Below, in pieces: positions 6,014 through 11,377 of a stretch of 11,377 nt of DNA. The stretch spans positions 1 to 11,377 of the forward strand of contig CBFGJG010000057.1 of assembly GCA_965649055.1 (NCBI GenBank), given 5' to 3'. How positions within the stretch are numbered: the first letter of the stretch is position 1; every line of letters begins with the position of its first letter. This DNA comes from a candidate division WOR-3 bacterium (GTDB lineage Bacteria > Hydrothermota > UBA3072 > B12-G15). The translations under genes and the position numbers were made by a program. The notes under the pieces were generated by a model. The model was given only the letters and a program-made list of their open reading frames with translations. It was not told the origin of the DNA and ran no database searches.

Positions 6014-8149
6014 TTACTTTACAAGGATGAACTTCTTTGCACCCTTAAGTTCGCCATTCACATAGACACTCAAGAAGTATGTTCCTGGATTTGTCCTTGC
6101 GGTGTTGTAAGAAATCGTCCTAAGACCTGATGCCTCACCTTCAAATGCCTTCCCAAGAACCCTTCCTGAAATGTCATGGACAAGGACCTTAAGGTTTGCC
6201 CTGTATGGAAGTTTCACATTCATTAGGACTTCGCTACCATTCAACCTTGGATTTGATATCTCAACAATCTTAACATCGGGTTTTGGTTCTTTTACACCAA
6301 GGTTTGACCAGCTTATATATAAGTCTTGGAGTGTATGAATAGCAACTTCATCATAAGATGAAGGGTTTGCCGGGTCAACTATCCAGGATGAACCGAAGAT
6401 ATGGAATATTGCCTTACCTGCCTTTGTAAGTTCCTGTCTTACTGCAAGGACTGTTCCATCTTCTGCTGTCATCTCCGGAAGGGCATATGTTTCATAAGCA
6501 TCTATTGAACCTGCCCATTCCCTTGAACCGTCATCTAATCCACACATTCCACCATGCCTGATTATACCTTCTGTTGTCTGCTGCCCAATGGTTCCACTAA
6601 ACAATGTTCCAATAACCGGGTCAGCTGGGTCGCCATAAATATCATAGTCTGGTAGACCTGCCCATGTTCCATCGTCAGTTCCCTGTAATATACCAAAGTA
6701 TCTGTGGACAAATGAACCTGGTGTCGCATCATGCTGCCCATAATCATACCATATTCCGAAGTCCAATCCATAAAGACCATCCTGGTCTTCAAGCCAGAAG
6801 AAACCACCACCATCAATAAGTGCTGCTAAATAAAGTGTATCACCAACCCTTGCAAATCCTGAACCATAGTTGTTGAATGACAGATTTGTTTCACCCCAAC
6901 CTTTCCAGATAACAACCCAGGAACCTGGTGTTTTTTCAGGTGGCATATAGAAATTGAACACTGCCTCATCAGGTGCACCATTTTCAACTGCAATATCCCA
7001 AACATCAACATTGTAGTTTGATTCAATATAGTCATCGTAAATTGCAGCTGCATTACCTTTTACATAAAGTCCATTACCAGGTGTTCCTGCCTTAATCTCG
7101 TATGACCAGTAGGAAGTTGTGCATGCAAGGCCCTGATAATCAAATGCTATCATCCTATATGTCACTATATCACCGACATTCGCACCAGGTAAATATGCAT
7201 AATAACCACCTGCGGTTGAATCACCCCAAAAAAGTGTTAAATAAATAGGTGTTCCAGGTGTCCCGTTTATATCATATTCAATCCAAGCCTGTTCGATACC
7301 TGTCATTTCAACAGGAACGCCAAAATCCTCACCCCAGGCAAGGATAAGTCTTGGTTCTGTATCATATGTGTTTGGTAACCTATCCTGGTCAAGTTTTGGT
7401 GGAAGGTTTCTCAATGCCCTAATGTATGCAGTTATACCGAATTCAAGTTTTGTATAGTCACTGAGCCAATAATATCCATACCATCTACCCCAAGCTGTTC
7501 TAAATCTATAAGAGTGAGAATTTCTTGGTGTATCAAACGGGATAAAACCTGTTGAAAGTATTGCGAAGTTGTTTGTTCCGGGTCTATAGCCGCAGAAGAA
7601 ATCATTTGATTTTCCAGTTATTTCATCGTAAGGTATGTATATCTCACACTGAATCTGGTCCCATTCTCCATTAGGGAGTGCGAAGCTTGTAATATTTTCA
7701 TACCCTGGAAATTTTGGTCCAAGTGGTGAAACGAAGTAAGATGGAACTGCATCTCCGCTTGGGAATGTATCGTAATCTATATCATTCCTCTGGTCTGCAA
7801 CAAAGAGATAGTATGGTTGTCCTACCTGTCCTGTTGTGGTGTTGTAATGGATGACTTCAAATGCAACGAGTGAACATTCCGTAGGTGGTGAGAATCTTGT
7901 GGCTTGTGTGTCAGTTGTAGGTCTTGGCATATAATAGGTCCATTCATTATTATGATATTGAAGCATCCAGTTTGCCGTGGAGATGTCTTTTGAACCTTTA
8001 AGAGCAGTTTTGAAATCCCTTGTCGGAAGCATATTTTTATAGGTCTTGCTTGTGCGCCCATAAGAACCATCTGGCTCAAGTAAAAGCAGTGGCTGGGCTG
8101 CCCATACAACCATCGCAAAAAGAACTACTGCAATAAGAAGTTTACGCAT
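6014..8149 (-). CDS. secreted protein with T9SS type-A-like C-terminal sorting domain; function unknown
   Basis: Sec signal MRKLLIAVVLFAMVVWA|AQ, an Ig-like segment (AWIEYDING...YYAYLPG...VTYRMIAFDYQG) and tail LGVKEPK...VHDISGRVL...PGTYFLSV...KKFILVK matching Por secretion tail motifs (YDxxGR, GxYF, KKxxxxK). Confidence 0.82.
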   Translation of the reverse strand: MRKLLIAVVLFAMVVWAAQPLLLLEPDGSYGRTSKTYKNMLPTRDFKTALKGSKDISTANWMLQYHNNEWTYYMPRPTTDTQATRFSPPTECSLVAFEVIHYNTTTGQVGQPYYLFVADQRNDIDYDTFPSGDAVPSYFVSPLGPKFPGYENITSFALPNGEWDQIQCEIYIPYDEITGKSNDFFCGYRPGTNNFAILSTGFIPFDTPRNSHSYRFRTAWGRWYGYYWLSDYTKLEFGITAYIRALRNLPPKLDQDRLPNTYDTEPRLILAWGEDFGVPVEMTGIEQAWIEYDINGTPGTPIYLTLFWGDSTAGGYYAYLPGANVGDIVTYRMIAFDYQGLACTTSYWSYEIKAGTPGNGLYVKGNAAAIYDDYIESNYNVDVWDIAVENGAPDEAVFNFYMPPEKTPGSWVVIWKGWGETNLSFNNYGSGFARVGDTLYLAALIDGGGFFWLEDQDGLYGLDFGIWYDYGQHDATPGSFVHRYFGILQGTDDGTWAGLPDYDIYGDPADPVIGTLFSGTIGQQTTEGIIRHGGMCGLDDGSREWAGSIDAYETYALPEMTAEDGTVLAVRQELTKAGKAIFHIFGSSWIVDPANPSSYDEVAIHTLQDLYISWSNLGVKEPKPDVKIVEISNPRLNGSEVLMNVKLPYRANLKVLVHDISGRVLGKAFEGEASGLRTISYNTARTNPGTYFLSVYVNGELKGAKKFILVK

Positions 8150-8154
8150 AAAAA

Positions 8155-8160
8155 CCTCCT
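8155..8160 (-). promoter_or_regulatory. strong Shine-Dalgarno site of the 711-aa gene
   Basis: Minus strand TAAA-AGGAGG-TTTTT-ATG. Confidence 0.85.
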
Positions 8161-8161
8161 T

Positions 8162-9151
8162 TTAAGGTTTAAGGTTTGAAATTTGCTGCTGCAGTTTAAG
8201 CAGAAAATCAATATCTGCGGGGTTTAAAACACTCGCAGCATCAGGATTAACCTCAATAACCTCCCACATTGAAGAATAATAATAACCTTTCAAGAAGTAA
8301 TCCTGTGCCAAGATTATCCTTGCTGCCTTTGCAGTTATCCTTGGGTCATAATAATGACCAAGCCCCGAAATTGCTGTTGGATAAAGCCTCTTCACAACAT
8401 TTGCATAAATTATAGATTTCCAGAAATCAGACAGTTCACCACTTGTTTTCAGTTTTATCTGGTAAAGTTGTGAAAGGCCAAGTGCTGCTGCAGCAGACTG
8501 ACTGTTTATTGTGTCCTTTAGACAAACAACATCCACAATGAACCTTGTTCCTGCATCAGGAATAAATGTCACATTACTATCTGAATATATGAATGTTTTT
8601 TTAACAGCCGGTATAAATATTGAATCTCCTTTTAATGCAAAAAAGTCGGAAGTCGTATTTTTCTCAGCATTCAAAGAGTCATATGCAACTATTTTCACCA
8701 CAATATCATCAAGACCAACAACAACTTTCGGAATCTTTGGAATAATCACATAATAACTTCCACTCGCATCGGTAAACATATTTGAATAAAGGAATGTGTC
8801 TTTTGAGATAGACTGGAAAGGTGTCTTGCCTTCAAGTGTAGTTATCACAAATCTCAAATCAATCTCAGCAGATATATATGAAGCAGGGTCATCTGAGCCA
8901 AGGTCAATAGACGCAAATCCTCTTCCAATGTAGCCATCCGGGTTCTTTCCCTGAATACTTGTCACTGTATCAAACTTCGCAAATGCAATATCGTAATTCC
9001 TGTAGTAATAATTCCTCCATCCAGCTGTAAGGAGTGAATCCACATATTCATTTATCTCTTCCGGAACAGGATTCAGCCATTCTTTATTCCTAACGCAGTT
9101 TATTGAGAAAATCACCAAAAATAAAAGAATGATAAAGATTAATTTTTTCAC
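8162..9151 (-). CDS. putative lipoprotein with TPR-like repeats
   Basis: MKK + hydrophobic stretch + SIN-C19. TPR-like AGWRNYYYRNYDIAFAKF..NPDGYIGRGFA and ARIILAQDYFLKGYY. GTG start preceded by GGGAGGGG. Confidence 0.75.
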   Translation of the reverse strand: MKKLIFIILLFLVIFSINCVRNKEWLNPVPEEINEYVDSLLTAGWRNYYYRNYDIAFAKFDTVTSIQGKNPDGYIGRGFASIDLGSDDPASYISAEIDLRFVITTLEGKTPFQSISKDTFLYSNMFTDASGSYYVIIPKIPKVVVGLDDIVVKIVAYDSLNAEKNTTSDFFALKGDSIFIPAVKKTFIYSDSNVTFIPDAGTRFIVDVVCLKDTINSQSAAAALGLSQLYQIKLKTSGELSDFWKSIIYANVVKRLYPTAISGLGHYYDPRITAKAARIILAQDYFLKGYYYSSMWEVIEVNPDAASVLNPADIDFLLKLQQQISNLKP

Positions 9152-9162
9152 GTTCCCCTCCC

Positions 9163-11376
9163 TTATCTGATATTAACAAGTTTTCTTGAGAAGTTGCCAA
9201 AGTCTGTCTTAAGGACGATGAAATATATACCGGAAGAAAGTTCCCCAATCCTGTTTTCAATCTCATAAACACCAGGGCCAAATTTGCCTTTTTCTATTGT
9301 CCTGATAAGCCTTCCACTTATATCATAAATCGATAACTCTATATTACTTGATCTCTCAAGTGAGAATTTGAACATATTCGGATTAACAGAGAAGAAAATG
9401 ATATCTGTTTTAAGGTCATCATTTTTAGTGTATCCATCACCTAATATATATGTTCCGCCCTGAGTAATCTTTACCTGTATCACATCTCCTGTCTTAATAC
9501 CTTCTATCTTCTCAAATTCTCCCGGTCCTGTCAATCTGTAAACAGCCACATCTTTCATATTTTCAGGAACGGGCATTGTAAGGATTACAGGTTTTGAGAA
9601 ATCCTCTGATAAGAAGATAGCATTATTCGATGTGATTGTCGTAAGGACACCTTTCATTGCATCTTCAGGTATGTAAAGACTAAATCTTGAGATTGTATAA
9701 ATTCCACCTTTGGTTATGTTTTCTATACTAACAGGATATTTGAAGGTATATTCATTACCTGCCTTATCTTCTGCAGTTATTGTAATTGTATCCGCCCTTG
9801 CAGGAATTACAAAATCAGCAGTGTAAATCCTTGTTCCATTCTTCAACGTATCAAAGTATGCCATATTTAAAGATTTACCGAGCATTTTGAAGATAGGTGT
9901 CTCAGAACCGACATCAGAATACAGTTTTTTCTTGGAATAGAGGAATAACCTTGCATATCTGTCCGTAATAGGACTTCTTATTACACCAAAGAATACGGTG
10001 GTATCAACAGACCTGTCCTGTGTTATGAAGAATTTTGCAAATCTTGAATCAGTTCCCCTTGTAGATACATTGTTAACAATAAGATAAATGTTGTCAAATG
10101 CACCATTCTGTATATCGGAAAGATCAAGGTCGTAAAGATTCTTCACACCGTCAAGGGTTGTATCCATAACAACTGTATCCATAATTCCTGCTTTTTCCTT
10201 AACAAGTGTAAGAACAAAATCATTCGTATTTCCGCCATTGAATCTTGCTATATTTGTTCCATATTTCGCGATAAATGAATTATCAAATTTAATCACCCTT
10301 GATGTAAGATACATCTGTGCATTTGTTGGGTCATAAGGTCCTTTTATAGTCATAAAATAGGTAGCAAGTGTACAGGGTTTTGAGTCAAAAAGAACATTAG
10401 GAAGTTTCGGAATTTTATTAAATACTATTGTCTTTGCAAATCCGATCAAATCCTTCTTGAAATTTGAACCCTTTCTCATCAAAAGTGTATCAAGTGCTTC
10501 TATCCCCTTTAATAATACACTATCCCTTATGCCGAGCATAGGGTCAACAATCTTATAACCCTTACAGTTGAGAAGTTCATCGATAACTGTATTACCATAT
10601 TTTCCTACAAGATACATTGTGAAACCATATGTTATGGAAGATGCTGATGCACTCTCTGTTGAATAGTTGAATGGGCTCACAAGGTCGCCAGATGGGTCAG
10701 CAGACATAGAAAGATTATAATTGAATGTAGCAGTATTATCACTATCTGCAAAGTAATACTTATGATATGCAAACACATTAAAGATCTTGTTCAACCAGAA
10801 TTCTTCAGTCTTATCTACCCACCAGGAAACCATATCAGTAAGATTGAATAACATTGTATCAACCGTCGCAGCTGTTTTAGTTGTAAAAGTCCTGTAATCA
10901 ACATAGATAATCTCTGCCTTATTTGAATTCGGATTAACATTGGGTGCATATTCATTCACATTTGACCAGTATGAACACCTCCAGTTTTGTGAACCATCCC
11001 CAAGAGTATCCCTTATCTCCATAAATACCAAATGAACCACTGAATCCTTATCCACATCCGGTGGTAGACCTATATTCTGTGTAACAATAGGATATATATG
11101 ATTCTCAAATATACTATCAAGTTTTGCAATCTGTGTTGGTGTTGCATATGCTAAAGAAGGTTCAACATTTTTATCATTATCCTGTATCCATGTATTCCCT
11201 GAATCATATGTGCAGTATACACCATTATGGTTTGCAACATATATCGTCTCAGGTGATATTGGTGCTATCTGCTTAATCAATTTCACATAATCATGCAATC
11301 CATAATTGTCAAATCCATTCTTTAAATTAACCCAGTTCGATGAACCTTTTATCAATCTGTAAAGATAATTATTACT
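9163..11376 (-). CDS. large multidomain T9SS-tailed protein (5'-truncated): BNR/Asp-box propeller end, degenerate M30-like peptidase domain, Ig/ZU5-like domains, Por secretion tail
   Basis: The frame is open to the window edge (SNNYLYRLIKGSSNW). Asp-box-like GVYCTYDSGNTW; Ig strand ITITAEDKAGNE; ZU5-like LYIPEDAM..FSKPVILTMP..VAVYR; tail ELSIYDISGRLIRTI...LSSGIYFIVLKT...SRKLVNIR. Confidence 0.85.
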   Translation of the reverse strand, partial: SNNYLYRLIKGSSNWVNLKNGFDNYGLHDYVKLIKQIAPISPETIYVANHNGVYCTYDSGNTWIQDNDKNVEPSLAYATPTQIAKLDSIFENHIYPIVTQNIGLPPDVDKDSVVHLVFMEIRDTLGDGSQNWRCSYWSNVNEYAPNVNPNSNKAEIIYVDYRTFTTKTAATVDTMLFNLTDMVSWWVDKTEEFWLNKIFNVFAYHKYYFADSDNTATFNYNLSMSADPSGDLVSPFNYSTESASASSITYGFTMYLVGKYGNTVIDELLNCKGYKIVDPMLGIRDSVLLKGIEALDTLLMRKGSNFKKDLIGFAKTIVFNKIPKLPNVLFDSKPCTLATYFMTIKGPYDPTNAQMYLTSRVIKFDNSFIAKYGTNIARFNGGNTNDFVLTLVKEKAGIMDTVVMDTTLDGVKNLYDLDLSDIQNGAFDNIYLIVNNVSTRGTDSRFAKFFITQDRSVDTTVFFGVIRSPITDRYARLFLYSKKKLYSDVGSETPIFKMLGKSLNMAYFDTLKNGTRIYTADFVIPARADTITITAEDKAGNEYTFKYPVSIENITKGGIYTISRFSLYIPEDAMKGVLTTITSNNAIFLSEDFSKPVILTMPVPENMKDVAVYRLTGPGEFEKIEGIKTGDVIQVKITQGGTYILGDGYTKNDDLKTDIIFFSVNPNMFKFSLERSSNIELSIYDISGRLIRTIEKGKFGPGVYEIENRIGELSSGIYFIVLKTDFGNFSRKLVNIR

Positions 11377-11377
11377 T

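Noticed and set aside
6562..8118. Alternate-frame minus-strand ORFs 6562-6816, 6826-7053 and 7822-8118
   Set aside because: Nested out of frame in the 711-aa gene, with atypical composition and no recognisable motifs.
8511..9281. ORFs 8511-8753 (+) and 9090-9281 (-)
   Set aside because: Antisense or out-of-frame overlaps of better supported genes.
11353..11355. TTG at 11355 as the start of the large protein
   Set aside because: The frame stays open to the window edge and there is no signal peptide or SD here; the gene begins outside the window.

Overview
AT-rich bacterial DNA, probably from a diderm FCB-superphylum lineage (inferred from Por/T9SS-type C-terminal tails and an Omp85 gene). 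Nine genes lie tightly packed on the minus strand. Upstream module (11377->6014): a large, 5'-truncated T9SS-tailed protein with an apparently catalytically dead M30-like metallopeptidase domain, a TPR-like lipoprotein and a 711-aa T9SS-tailed surface protein, followed by an intrinsic terminator. Downstream operon (5961->285): phosphate butyryltransferase-like enzyme, COG2426 membrane protein, 3-POTRA Omp85 (TamA/TamL-like), GT4, WbqC and GT2. Three features are missed by the ORF track. (i) 163-293 is a degenerate, internally deleted copy of the 3' end of the 711-aa gene that is still a 40-aa ORF. (ii) The Omp85 frame extends 61 codons upstream to a lipoprotein-like signal with no canonical start codon, beginning inside an A11 tract that could fuse it to the upstream gene. 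(iii) The terminator hairpin sequesters the ptb ribosome-binding region. No RNA genes, CRISPR arrays, integrases or transposases were seen.
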